A stretch of DNA of 64,000 nucleotides from Betaproteobacteria bacterium (lineage in GTDB: Bacteria > Pseudomonadota > Gammaproteobacteria > Burkholderiales > SG8-41). The DNA lies in the NCBI GenBank assembly GCA_900299145.1, contig OMIN01000058.1, positions 3,843 through 67,842 of the forward strand, in the 5' to 3' direction. Below the pieces are notes generated by a model that was not told the DNA's origin, did no database searches, and was given only the letters and a program-made list of their open reading frames with translations. Below, one piece after another: positions 8,958-18,175 of the stretch (positions are counted from its first letter, which is position 1; each line of letters starts with the position of its first letter). The position numbers and the translations under genes were made by a program.

Positions 8958-10289
8958 ATGACTCAGGATTGGCGTACCAGCACTCGCAACCATCTGCTGC
9001 TAAACCGCAGCCGTGCCGCCGTGTGGCATCCGTGCACGCAAATGAAGCAGCACGAAACCTTGCCGCTGATTCCGGTGGCGCGCGCACAGGGCTGCTGGCT
9101 GTATGACTTTGACGGCAGGCGCTATCTTGACGCGGTGAGCTCATGGTGGGTGAATCTCTTCGGCCACAGTCATGCGCGCATCAACGCCGCACTACGCGAT
9201 CAGCTCGACACACTGGAGCACGCCATGCTCGCGGGCTTTACGCACGGGCCAGTGGTGGAGCTCTCAGAGCGCCTGTCGAAGCTTGCCGGCGGCAAACTCG
9301 GCCACTGCTTTTACGGCAGCGATGGTGCTTCGTCAGTGGAAATCGCGCTCAAGATGAGTTTTCACTATTGGCGCAACAGCGGTGAGCCGCTGAAGACCCA
9401 TTTCATCAGCCTCAAGGGCAGTTACCACGGTGAAACGCTGGGCGCGCTGTCCGTCACCGACGTCGCGCTGTTCAAAGACACTTACGCACCGCTACTACGG
9501 ACGAGCGCGCAAGTGCCAAGCCCCGACTGGCGTCTGGCGGAGCCCGGCGAGACCCCGCGTGATTACGCCCTGCGTGCCGCGCGTGCGCTTGAGGCCCACC
9601 TGCAACAGCATCACGCCACCACAGCCGCGCTGATCGTCGAACCGCTGGTGCAGGGTGCCACCGGCATGGCGATGTACGACGCGGCGTATCTCACCGAGGC
9701 GCGAGCGCTGTGCGACCGCTACCGCGTGCATCTCATCGCCGATGAAATCATGACCGGCTTCGGCCGCACGGGAACCTTTTTCGCGCACGAGCAGGCCGAA
9801 GTGGTTCCCGATTTTTTGTGTCTGTCCAAAGGCATCACCGGCGGCTATCTGCCGCTGTCGGTGGTGATGACAACCGATGCCATTTACGCCGCGTTCTACG
9901 ACGACAGCGTGACGAGAGGATTCCTGCATTCGCACTCCTACACCGGCAACGCGCTGGCCTGCCGTGCGGCGTTGGCGACGCTGGATATTTTTGAAACGGA
10001 AAATGTGATCGGGGCTAATCGCCAAACCAGCGCGAAAATCACCGCCGCGTGTGAAGCTATCGCGCGTCACCCACGCGTGCGGAACTTTCGCCAGCACGGC
10101 ATGATCTGGGCGTTTGAAGTGGACACCGATGACCCCACGTTCGCGCGCAACTTTCATCAGCGCGCACTGGAGAAGGAACTGCTGCTGCGACCGATAGGTA
10201 ACACCGTGTACTTCATGCCGCCGTACGTCATCACCGATGAAGAAATCGCCCAGCTCACGCGCGGCACGCGCGAACTGCTCGACAGCTAA
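8958..10289 (+). CDS. bioA: Adenosylmethionine-8-amino-7-oxononanoate aminotransferase
   Basis: Class-III aminotransferase over full length (HPCTQMK..., SWWVNLFGH, ADEIMTGFGRTG, LSKGITGGYLPLS). Confidence 0.85.
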   Translation: MTQDWRTSTRNHLLLNRSRAAVWHPCTQMKQHETLPLIPVARAQGCWLYDFDGRRYLDAVSSWWVNLFGHSHARINAALRDQLDTLEHAMLAGFTHGPVVELSERLSKLAGGKLGHCFYGSDGASSVEIALKMSFHYWRNSGEPLKTHFISLKGSYHGETLGALSVTDVALFKDTYAPLLRTSAQVPSPDWRLAEPGETPRDYALRAARALEAHLQQHHATTAALIVEPLVQGATGMAMYDAAYLTEARALCDRYRVHLIADEIMTGFGRTGTFFAHEQAEVVPDFLCLSKGITGGYLPLSVVMTTDAIYAAFYDDSVTRGFLHSHSYTGNALACRAALATLDIFETENVIGANRQTSAKITAACEAIARHPRVRNFRQHGMIWAFEVDTDDPTFARNFHQRALEKELLLRPIGNTVYFMPPYVITDEEIAQLTRGTRELLDS

Positions 10290-10302
10290 CGCACAGACGG
10301 CC

Positions 10303-11727
10303 ATGCGGACATATCGTAAGTATCTGTTTTTATTAATATTTTTCTGCGATGCCGCACAAGCCCAACTGCCGCCGCCGGTGGCGCAGGCACTCGCCCGCGC
10401 GGGCATTGCCGAAAGCGGCGTCGGCCTTTATGTGCACGAAGTCGGCGCTGCTGAGCCGGTGGCCGTGCATCGCGGCGACCAGCCGCTTAACCCTGCGTCG
10501 GTGATGAAACTCGTCACCACATACGCCGCGCTGGAACTGCTGGGTCCCGCGCATCAGTGGAGTACCGATCTTTTCACCGACGGCGAGTTGCAGCAGGACA
10601 CGCTCGCCGGCAATGTGTATCTCAAGGGCGGTGGCGATCCCAAGTTCACCATTGAAAATTTCTGGCTGCTGCTGCGTGCGCTGCGTGCCAAAGGCGTGCG
10701 CCAGATCCGCGGTGATCTGGTGCTCGACCGTTCCTTGTTCACCACCGCGCATCCCGATCCCGGCCAGTTTGATAACGAACCGCTGCAACCGTACAACACC
10801 ACGCCCGACGCGCTGCTCGCCAATTTCAAAACCTTCACGCTGACCTTCAAGCCGGAAGCCGATGGTAAAGCGGTCAACGTTACCGTTGACCCGCCGCTGC
10901 CGCAACTGCAAATTGTCAATCAACTCACGGTAAGCGACGGCCCCTGCGGCGGCCTATGGATGAACCGTATCAAAACGCAGGCGCAGGATGCCGGCGACAG
11001 CGCGCGCCTGACACTCGCCGGGCCGTATTCGCGCCAGTGCGGTGAACAGGCGAATTACTACAGCTTGTTGAGCCACCGCGCTTACGCTGCCGGACTGTTT
11101 CAATATTTGTGGCGCGAACTCGGCGGAACATTCAGCGGCCGCGTGCGCGAAGCCGACGTACCACCCGCTGCGGCGAAAATTGCCAGCCAACGTTCACTTG
11201 CGCTGTCTGAAATCGTGCGCGACATCAATAAATTCAGTAACAACGTGATGGCGCGGCAACTGCTGCTGTCTGTAGGCTTAACGACGGGCGCATCCGGCGG
11301 CGGCGCGCAATCGACACCTGAACGTGGCGCCCAAGCCGCGCGGCAATTCTTCGCCAGCAAGAACCTGCCGATGCAGCAACTGGTGATTGAAAATGGCTCC
11401 GGCCTGTCGCGCATCGAACGCGTCAGCGCGCGCGATCTCGGCCAGATGCTACTAAGCGCCTGGCGCAGTCCGGTAATGCCGGAATTCATGGCGTCCATGC
11501 CGCTGGTCGGTGTTGACGGCACCATGGTCCGGCGCCTGAAAAATTCCGACGTCGCCGGACAAGCCCACATCAAAACGGGCCTCATCAACGGCGTGCGCGC
11601 GCTGGGTGGTTATGTGCTGGATGCCAGGGGAAAGCGCGTGGTTGCCGTGCTACTGATCAATCATGCCAACGCGCACAATGCGAATCTGGTGCAGGATGCT
11701 TTTTTGCGTTGGGTGCATGCCCGATAG
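10303..11727 (+). CDS. dacB: D-alanyl-D-alanine carboxypeptidase/endopeptidase (PBP4 family)
   Basis: SxxK (SVMK), SxN (SNN) and KTG motifs in order. Start set at ATG 10303 (MRTYRKYLFLLIFFCDAAQA signal peptide). The upstream part of the track ORF overlaps the bioA 3' end. Confidence 0.85.
   Translation: MRTYRKYLFLLIFFCDAAQAQLPPPVAQALARAGIAESGVGLYVHEVGAAEPVAVHRGDQPLNPASVMKLVTTYAALELLGPAHQWSTDLFTDGELQQDTLAGNVYLKGGGDPKFTIENFWLLLRALRAKGVRQIRGDLVLDRSLFTTAHPDPGQFDNEPLQPYNTTPDALLANFKTFTLTFKPEADGKAVNVTVDPPLPQLQIVNQLTVSDGPCGGLWMNRIKTQAQDAGDSARLTLAGPYSRQCGEQANYYSLLSHRAYAAGLFQYLWRELGGTFSGRVREADVPPAAAKIASQRSLALSEIVRDINKFSNNVMARQLLLSVGLTTGASGGGAQSTPERGAQAARQFFASKNLPMQQLVIENGSGLSRIERVSARDLGQMLLSAWRSPVMPEFMASMPLVGVDGTMVRRLKNSDVAGQAHIKTGLINGVRALGGYVLDARGKRVVAVLLINHANAHNANLVQDAFLRWVHAR
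10317..10343 (+). repeat. AT-rich dispersed repeat, copy C
   Basis: TAAGTATCTGTTTTTATTAATATTTTT. Lies inside the first 14 codons of dacB. Confidence 0.9.
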
Positions 11728-11740
11728 CCAGGCGATAGCG

Positions 11741-13240
11741 TCAAAGACGCAGGCTGCGCCAGATATCATCCACACGTTTCTTGACGGCCTCATCCATCGC
11801 AATCGGCGTGCCCCACTGTCGCCCCGTCTCCGCGGGCCATTTGTTGGTGGCATCGATCCCCATCTTCGACCCCAACCCCGCCACGGGTGAGGCGAAATCC
11901 AGATAATCAATCGGCGTGTTGTCCGCGAACAGCGTGTCGCGGCGCGGATCGACGCGGGTGGTAAGCGCCCATATGACTTCTTTCCACTCGCGCACGTTGA
12001 TGTCGTCATCGACCACGATGATGAATTTGGTGTACATGAACTGGCGCAGAAAGCTCCAGATGCCGAACATCACGCGCTTGGCGTGGCCGGCGTACTGCTT
12101 TTTGATGCTGACGCAGGCGATGCGGTACGAGCAGCCTTCGGGCGGCAGGTGAAAGTCGACAATTTCCGGGAATTGTTTTTTCAGCAGCGGTACGAACACT
12201 TCGTTCAGCGCCACGCCCAGCATTGCCGGTTCGTCGGGCGGCTTGCCGGTATAGGTTGAGTGATAAATCGCGTTGCGCCGTTGCGTGATGCGCTCAATCG
12301 TAAAAGCCGGAAACCTTTCCTGCTCGTTGTAGTAGCCGGTGTGATCCCCGTAAGGTCCCTCCAACGCTGTTTCGTTCGGATAGATGAATCCTTCGAGCAC
12401 AATTTCCGCGGTCGCTGGTACCTGCAAATCGTGCGTAAGGCACTTCACCACTTCCGTTTTGTCGCCGCGCAGCAATCCCGCGAACTGGTATTCGCTTAAT
12501 GAGTCGGGCACCGGCGTCACCGCGCCGAGTATCGTTGCCGGATCAGCGCCCAGCGCTACCGCGACCGGATAGGGCTCGCGCGGATGCAGCAGCGCGTGGT
12601 CGCGAAAATCCAGCGCGCCGCCACGATGCGCAAGCCAGCGCATGATGACTTTATTTTTGGCAATGACTTGCTGACGGTAAATGCCCAGATTCTGCCGCGC
12701 CTTGTGCGGCCCGCGCGTGACGGTGAGGCCCCAAGTAATCAAGGGTGCAGCGTCGCCTGGCCAACAGGTTTGTATCGGTAGCCGCGCGAGATCGACCTGA
12801 TCCTTTTCCCACACAATTTCCTGGCATGGCGCGCTCGTCACCACGCGCGGCTGCATGGTGAGGATTTGTTTGAGCAGCGGCAGTTTGTCCCACGCATCGC
12901 GCAGGCCCCTGGGTGGCTCCGGCTCTTTCAGATACGCCAGTGTTTCACCGATCTCGCGCAGCTTCGCCAACGCATCGTCGCCGGGCGCGGCGCCCATTGC
13001 CAGCGCCACGCGTTTCACCGTACCGAACAGATTGCAGAGCACGGGCATGGCGTGCGCTGCCGTTTGCCCTTTTGGGTTTTCAAACAGAATGGCCGGGCCG
13101 CCTGCTTTCAGCACGCGGTCGCAGATTTCGGTCATTTCCAGCTTGGGATCGACCTCGACCGCCACGCGCCTTAACTCGCCAAGCCTTTCCAGTTCGGCGA
13201 GAAAGCTGCGCAGATCCCACAAGTATTTGATTTTATTCAA
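11741..13240 (-). CDS. ubiD: 4-hydroxy-3-polyprenylbenzoate decarboxylase
   Basis: Full-length UbiD resemblance (KY..DLRSFL..LE..GEL.R N-terminus). The only available start is TTG at 13240, two codons after an in-frame TAA, and it lies inside repeat copy D. Confidence 0.9.
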   Translation of the reverse strand: MNKIKYLWDLRSFLAELERLGELRRVAVEVDPKLEMTEICDRVLKAGGPAILFENPKGQTAAHAMPVLCNLFGTVKRVALAMGAAPGDDALAKLREIGETLAYLKEPEPPRGLRDAWDKLPLLKQILTMQPRVVTSAPCQEIVWEKDQVDLARLPIQTCWPGDAAPLITWGLTVTRGPHKARQNLGIYRQQVIAKNKVIMRWLAHRGGALDFRDHALLHPREPYPVAVALGADPATILGAVTPVPDSLSEYQFAGLLRGDKTEVVKCLTHDLQVPATAEIVLEGFIYPNETALEGPYGDHTGYYNEQERFPAFTIERITQRRNAIYHSTYTGKPPDEPAMLGVALNEVFVPLLKKQFPEIVDFHLPPEGCSYRIACVSIKKQYAGHAKRVMFGIWSFLRQFMYTKFIIVVDDDINVREWKEVIWALTTRVDPRRDTLFADNTPIDYLDFASPVAGLGSKMGIDATNKWPAETGRQWGTPIAMDEAVKKRVDDIWRSLRL

Positions 13241-13247
13241 TATTTAA
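13220..13247 (+). repeat. AT-rich dispersed repeat, copy D
   Basis: CAAGTATTTGATTTTATTCAATATTTAA. Overlaps the TTG start of ubiD on the opposite strand. Confidence 0.8.
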
Positions 13248-13253
13248 GAATGC

Positions 13254-14225
13254 TTATTCAGGCTGTATCCCGGCATCCTTAATCGCCTTCGCCCACTTTA
13301 CTGTCTCCACGCGCGTGCGCTCGCCCAGCTGGGCTGGCGTGTGCGGGCTGGTCTCCACGCCAAATGCGATGAGCCGGTCCTTGACCTCTTTACTGTTGGC
13401 GGCGTTGTTGAGGGCCGTGTTCAAGCGCTCAATCACCGGTTGCGGCGTGCCGCGCGGGGCATAAGCCGCGAACCAAGCGATCAGTTCATAGCCTTTCAAT
13501 CCGCCGGCTTCTTCCACCGTGGGCAGATCGATGAGCGCGGTGCGCTTTAACGACGTGACCGCCAGACCTTTGATCTTGCCCGCCTTCACCTGCGGCATGG
13601 TTACCGCGAGGTCAGCGGTGAACATCATCACCTGCCCCGCGATCAAATCGGTGATGGCGTGCGGCGAGCTCTTATACGGCACCATGGTCAGCTTGATGCC
13701 TGCCATATTGGCGAACATTTCCGTCGACACGCGCTGCGAGGTGCTGGCAGACGCATACAGAAACTCGCCTGGCTTCGATTTTGCCAGTGCGATCATGTCT
13801 TTCAGGTTTTTTACCGGCAGCGTATTGTTGACCGCGACAATCAGCGGCACCGACCCTAAAAACGCGATTGGCACGAAATCCTTGTCCTGATCGTACGGCA
13901 GCTTTTTGTACAAACTCACCAGTGCGGCGTTGGTGCTGTTGGTGCCGCACAAGATGGTGTAGCCGTCGGGCGCGGCTTTGGCCACCGCCTCCGCGCCGAT
14001 CATACCGTTGGCGCCGGGGCGGTTGTCGATTACGCCAGCCTGGCCCAGTAGCTCGTTGAATTTGGCGGTGTAACTGCGCCCCACGGTGTCGGTGGCGCTG
14101 CCGGCAGCGAACGGCACCACAACGCGGATGGCTTTGGACGGGTACGACTGCGCTACGGCAGCGCAGGGCAGGCAAGCGGCCCACGCCAGCGCGGCAGCCA
14201 TGGGCATGCAACGATACGAACGCAT
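13254..14225 (-). CDS. Bug/TctC-family periplasmic substrate-binding protein
   Basis: Signal peptide, then SYPSKAIRVVVPFAAGSATD, DNRPGANG and PYKSS motifs. Confidence 0.9.
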   Translation of the reverse strand: MRSYRCMPMAAALAWAACLPCAAVAQSYPSKAIRVVVPFAAGSATDTVGRSYTAKFNELLGQAGVIDNRPGANGMIGAEAVAKAAPDGYTILCGTNSTNAALVSLYKKLPYDQDKDFVPIAFLGSVPLIVAVNNTLPVKNLKDMIALAKSKPGEFLYASASTSQRVSTEMFANMAGIKLTMVPYKSSPHAITDLIAGQVMMFTADLAVTMPQVKAGKIKGLAVTSLKRTALIDLPTVEEAGGLKGYELIAWFAAYAPRGTPQPVIERLNTALNNAANSKEVKDRLIAFGVETSPHTPAQLGERTRVETVKWAKAIKDAGIQPE

Positions 14226-14290
14226 GAAAACTCCATTAAAACTTTTGACCGGGCATCTTAACCGCTATCGTCCACGTGCGTCGAGCACGG

Positions 14291-15205
14291 CTACTTGATG
14301 ACGGGAATCATGAAGTAATAGTCGAGCGCCAGCCCGGCGAACACCGCCGCGCCCACCCAGTTGTTGTTCATGAACGCCCTGAAACAGCCGTCGCGGTCGC
14401 GGCGCCTGATCATTCGGTACTGACACGCGATCAGGGCAGCCGCCAGCGCAAGCCCCAGAAAATAAAACAGGCCCTGTTTCAAGTACAACCCCACGCCCGC
14501 CATCACCGCGAGGAACAGGCCGTGAAACACCATGGTCAGTGCCACGTCAAACACACCAAACAGCAGTGCCGACGACTTGAGATTGAGCTTCATGTCGTCG
14601 TCACGATCGACCATCGCGTACTCGGTGTCGTAGGCGATCGCCCAGAAAACATTCGCGAGCAGCAGCACCCAGGCCAGCGCCGGCACGCTGTTCTGATAGG
14701 CGGCGAACGCCATCGGAATCGAAAAGCCGAATGCAATGCCCAGATACGCCTGCGGCAACGGGAAAAACCGCTTGGTAAACGGGTACGTCACCGCCAGAAA
14801 CAGCGCCACCAGCGACAACAGAATGGTGAGCTTGTTCAGGAACAGCACCAGCGCAAACGCCAGCAGCGCCAGCACAGCGGCAAGCGCCAGCGCTTCTTTC
14901 GGATCGATCAGCTTTTTCGCCAACGGGCGACCCGCAGTACGCTTGACATGCGCGTCAATATCGCGGTCGGCATAGTCGTTCATGACGCAGCCCGCGCTAC
15001 GCATGAGCACCGTGCCCAGCACGAAGATCAGCACGATTTCCACGCGCTGGTACACCGGCGAAGCGAACCAAAGCCCCCACAACGCCGGCCACAACAGCAG
15101 CAACGTGCCGATGGGCTTGTCGAGCCGCATCAGCTTTTCGTAGGCATCCAGTCGCTGTTTGAGGGTGGGTTTGGGCGTGAGCGTCTGCGTGGGTTCTTGC
15201 GTCAT
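14291..15205 (-). CDS. ubiA: 4-hydroxybenzoate polyprenyltransferase
   Basis: Polytopic membrane protein with the NDYADRDID prenyltransferase motif. ATGA overlap with upstream ubiC. Confidence 0.9.
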   Translation of the reverse strand: MTQEPTQTLTPKPTLKQRLDAYEKLMRLDKPIGTLLLLWPALWGLWFASPVYQRVEIVLIFVLGTVLMRSAGCVMNDYADRDIDAHVKRTAGRPLAKKLIDPKEALALAAVLALLAFALVLFLNKLTILLSLVALFLAVTYPFTKRFFPLPQAYLGIAFGFSIPMAFAAYQNSVPALAWVLLLANVFWAIAYDTEYAMVDRDDDMKLNLKSSALLFGVFDVALTMVFHGLFLAVMAGVGLYLKQGLFYFLGLALAAALIACQYRMIRRRDRDGCFRAFMNNNWVGAAVFAGLALDYYFMIPVIK

Positions 15206-15816
15206 AGCGTGAGCACTCCCGGCAAGAAGACTTCAGTCACGAGTATAGGCGATTTGCCGGTGATAAACAGCGAACGGCGCGCCCACAATAGTCCGAGGGC
15301 TTCATTACGCGTGGCCTGGCGGGCCTGCCGCGCCAGCTCGTGGCCGGGGGCAAGTTTTTGCTGCCGCAGCTTCAGCCGGCGGATGCGCGGATCGGTAAAC
15401 AGCGCCGCGCCCAGCGGCATGGAACCCAGCCCACGCATCAGCCGCAAGCCAGGGCCATTCCGGCCTGGCATGAGCACGCTGTGGGCGTAGACCACAGGCA
15501 TTGCACCGCAATACAAGACCACATCGCGCGTATAGGCCATGACGGATGCGCCACGGCGGGCAAGAAAAAGCTCGTCACGATGCAGGCGGCGGCGGCCCTG
15601 AAAAATGACCTTGACTGTCATGCCGGGCGAGCGCGCCGTGATCCTTTCAGTAAGCGACCCGCGATCGGTGAGCCACGGCCGGTAACGTCCCGCAGCACAG
15701 GGCGCCAGTTGCCAGCACAGATCTTGCGGCATTCGTTGCGGGTGTTGCAGGGAGTGGGGCAGGGTCACTTGGCGGAGCCTCTTTTTGTGCGTGAGATTAT
15801 CCCAGAAAACACGCAC
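15202..15816 (-). CDS. ubiC: Chorismate pyruvate-lyase (start uncertain: GTG 15816 or ATG 15732)
   Basis: Coupled to ubiA (ATGA overlap). WLTDRGSLTERI segment and size are typical of UbiC. Confidence 0.6.
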   Translation of the reverse strand: MRVFWDNLTHKKRLRQVTLPHSLQHPQRMPQDLCWQLAPCAAGRYRPWLTDRGSLTERITARSPGMTVKVIFQGRRRLHRDELFLARRGASVMAYTRDVVLYCGAMPVVYAHSVLMPGRNGPGLRLMRGLGSMPLGAALFTDPRIRRLKLRQQKLAPGHELARQARQATRNEALGLLWARRSLFITGKSPILVTEVFLPGVLTL

Positions 15817-15839
15817 GCATCGCCGCCAGCCGGCCTGGT

Positions 15840-15910
15840 GTCCTGAGCCTGAAATTCGTAGCAGAAAGGCAGGGAAGAAAAATGCCCTCTCCGAATTTCT
15901 GACTCAGGAC
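15840..15910. repeat. Long imperfect inverted repeat between the recG stop and the ubiC start
   Basis: GTCCTGAGCCTGAAATTCG ...33 nt... CGAATTTCTGACTCAGGAC. Two 8-bp perfect blocks are separated by a 3-nt mismatch. Confidence 0.6.
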
Positions 15911-15915
15911 ACCAG

Positions 15916-18159
15916 CTATACCTTGAGAAATTCTCCGCGTCCGCCGAGCCAGCGCTGCAAATGTGCGCGCGCCGCAGCGGGGTTTTCCGCAAGCAGGGTG
16001 GTCGCCGCGTCGCGTGCGGCATCCAGAAGATCAGTGTCGGTGGCGAGATCGGCAAAGCGCAGTAGCGGCACGCCGCTTTGCCGTGCGCCGAGCAATTCGC
16101 CGGGGCCGCGCAGATGCAAATCATGCCGCGCGATTTCAAAGCCGTCGCTGTTTTCAAATATGATCTTGAGCCGCTCGCGCGCCATCGCCGACAGCGGCGC
16201 GTGATACAGCAGTATGCACGCGCTTTGCGCGGCGCCCCGTCCGACGCGGCCGCGCAACTGATGCAGCTGCGACAAGCCCATGCGCTCGGCGTTCTCGATC
16301 ACCATCAGCGAGGCATTCGGCACGTCGACGCCGACTTCAATCACCGTGGTGGCCACCAGTACCTGTACCTCGTTGCGCTGAAACGCCTGCATCACTGCGG
16401 ATTTTTCCGCGGGCTTCAACCGCCCGTGAGCGAGGCCCACCTTGAGATCGGGAAACGCGCGAGTAAGGGCTTCGTGGGTTTCTTCCGCCGCTTTGAGTTG
16501 CAGTGCTTCCAGTCCACCGCGGCCGCGCGGCTTCGCCGGTTTGGGTGAAGCCGTGGGTGCAGCCTTTGCCGCCGCCTTGGCTATTGTCTGTGGGGCATTT
16601 TCTTCGGGGTCGCCGTCACTTTCGATTTCTTCGATCAGTGGACACACCCAATACGCCTGACCGCCCGCCGCACACGCCTCATGCACGCGCACAATCACCT
16701 CTTCGCGCCGCGCGTCAGACACCAGCTTGGTGGTGACAGGCGTACGGCCCGGCGGCAATTCGTCGATCACTGACACATCGAGATCGGCGTAATAGCTCAT
16801 CGCCAGCGTGCGCGGAATCGGCGTCGCGCTCATCATGAGTTGATGAGGCTGGGCTTGGGGTTTGCCCGCGTTCGCGGATGAGGCTTGTGTACCCTTTAAC
16901 CGCAACGCCAGCCGTTGACGCACACCGAAGCGATGCTGCTCGTCGATGATCGCAAGCCCCAGCCGGTTGAACACCACGTCGTCTTCAAACAGCGCGTGGG
17001 TGCCAACCACCACCGCGACGCGCCCGGCGGATATATCTATAAGTATTTGTTTTTTAACACTTTTGTTTGTGCTGCCCGAGAGCCACGCCACGCCCACGCC
17101 CAGCGATTCCAACCACGCGGAAAACTTGCGGTAATGCTGTTCAGTAAGAATTTCCGTCGGCGCCATCAGCGCCACCTGAAAATCGTTTTCCACGCACTGC
17201 AACGCCGCGATTGCCGCGACAATGGTTTTGCCACTGCCGACGTCGCCCTGTAGCAGACGCTGCATCGGGTGTGGCCTTTCCAGATCGCCGCGAATTTGCG
17301 CGACGGCGCGCTGCTGTGCCTGCGTCAGTTCAAATGGCAAGTCCTTCAGCAGCCGGCTCACCAGCGTGCCGCGGACATGCAGCGCGGGGGCACCCATGCC
17401 ACGCCGCCGCTGGTGATGCACGCGCATCGACAGTTGTTGGGCCAGCAACTCGTCGAACTTCATACGCCGCCACGCCGGGTGCGTGCGATCCTGCAACGCC
17501 TGCTGCGACACCTCCGGCAGCGGATTGTGCAGAAAAAACACGGCGTCACGGAACTTCGGCAGCCGCTGCTCGCGGATCAACGGTTCAGGCAGCGTATCCT
17601 CAAGCGGGTCCGACGCCATGGCGCGTGCAATCAACTTGCGCAGCGTGTCCTGCCCCAACCCCGCCGTGGTGGGATATACCGGCGTCAACGCCTCGGCCAC
17701 CGGCGCGCCGGGCTGCACGATGCGATAACGTGGGTGCACCATCTCTGCGCCAAAAAACCCGTGGCGGATTTCGCCGAAGGCCCGCACGCGCACGCCGGGC
17801 GCGAACTGCTTCACCTGACTGCCGTAGAAATTCAAAAACCGCAGCGTTATCGTACTATTGGTGCCGCTGCCATCTTCAAGATGGCACACCAGTTGCCGGC
17901 GCGGCCGATACTTGATGTCGGTTTCAACCACCGTCGCTTCAATCAGCACGTCACGCCCGGCGGGCGCATCCTTGACCGGATACACATGCGTCTCGTCGTC
18001 GTAGCGCAGCGGCAGATGCAGCACCAAATCGAACTTGCTGCTGATGTTGAGCTTGGCGAGTCTGTCGAGCGTGGGTTTGCTTAAGCCCGCGAGTGAGGCG
18101 TGAGGGGTGGGGCGTGAGGGGGCGGCTCGCGGTGGATCTTTTTTCGCCTCACGCCTCAC
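15916..18159 (-). CDS. recG: ATP-dependent DNA helicase RecG
   Basis: Wedge-domain N-terminus (LHLPLRYDDET), Walker A GDVGSGKT, DEQHRFG, TPIPRT and QLHQLRGRVGRG motifs. GTG start at 18159 lies inside the heptamer hairpin. Contains repeat copy E in frame. Confidence 0.9.
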   Translation of the reverse strand: MRREAKKDPPRAAPSRPTPHASLAGLSKPTLDRLAKLNISSKFDLVLHLPLRYDDETHVYPVKDAPAGRDVLIEATVVETDIKYRPRRQLVCHLEDGSGTNSTITLRFLNFYGSQVKQFAPGVRVRAFGEIRHGFFGAEMVHPRYRIVQPGAPVAEALTPVYPTTAGLGQDTLRKLIARAMASDPLEDTLPEPLIREQRLPKFRDAVFFLHNPLPEVSQQALQDRTHPAWRRMKFDELLAQQLSMRVHHQRRRGMGAPALHVRGTLVSRLLKDLPFELTQAQQRAVAQIRGDLERPHPMQRLLQGDVGSGKTIVAAIAALQCVENDFQVALMAPTEILTEQHYRKFSAWLESLGVGVAWLSGSTNKSVKKQILIDISAGRVAVVVGTHALFEDDVVFNRLGLAIIDEQHRFGVRQRLALRLKGTQASSANAGKPQAQPHQLMMSATPIPRTLAMSYYADLDVSVIDELPPGRTPVTTKLVSDARREEVIVRVHEACAAGGQAYWVCPLIEEIESDGDPEENAPQTIAKAAAKAAPTASPKPAKPRGRGGLEALQLKAAEETHEALTRAFPDLKVGLAHGRLKPAEKSAVMQAFQRNEVQVLVATTVIEVGVDVPNASLMVIENAERMGLSQLHQLRGRVGRGAAQSACILLYHAPLSAMARERLKIIFENSDGFEIARHDLHLRGPGELLGARQSGVPLLRFADLATDTDLLDAARDAATTLLAENPAAARAHLQRWLGGRGEFLKV
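17040..17066 (+). repeat. AT-rich dispersed repeat, copy E (inside the recG CDS)
   Basis: TAAGTATTTGTTTTTTAACACTTTTGT. Its complement encodes ...TNKSVKKQILIDI... of RecG. Confidence 0.8.
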
Positions 18160-18175
18160 GTCTCACGCCTCACGC
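18089..18175. repeat. Inverted arrays of a tandem heptamer (GCGTGAG-like, about 4 units per arm) forming an ~87-nt hairpin at the ridA-recG junction
   Basis: The left arm GTGAGGCGTGAGGGGTGGGGCGTGAGG matches the reverse complement of the right arm (GTGAGGCGTGAGACGTGAGGCGTGAGG) at 24 of 27 positions. The loop is about 22 nt and contains TTTTTT. Confidence 0.75.

Noticed and set aside
14276-15490. 404-aa ORF antisense to ubiA/ubiC
   Set aside because: The translation is dominated by R/H/Q runs, while the opposite strand encodes clear UbiA motifs. It is a shadow ORF.
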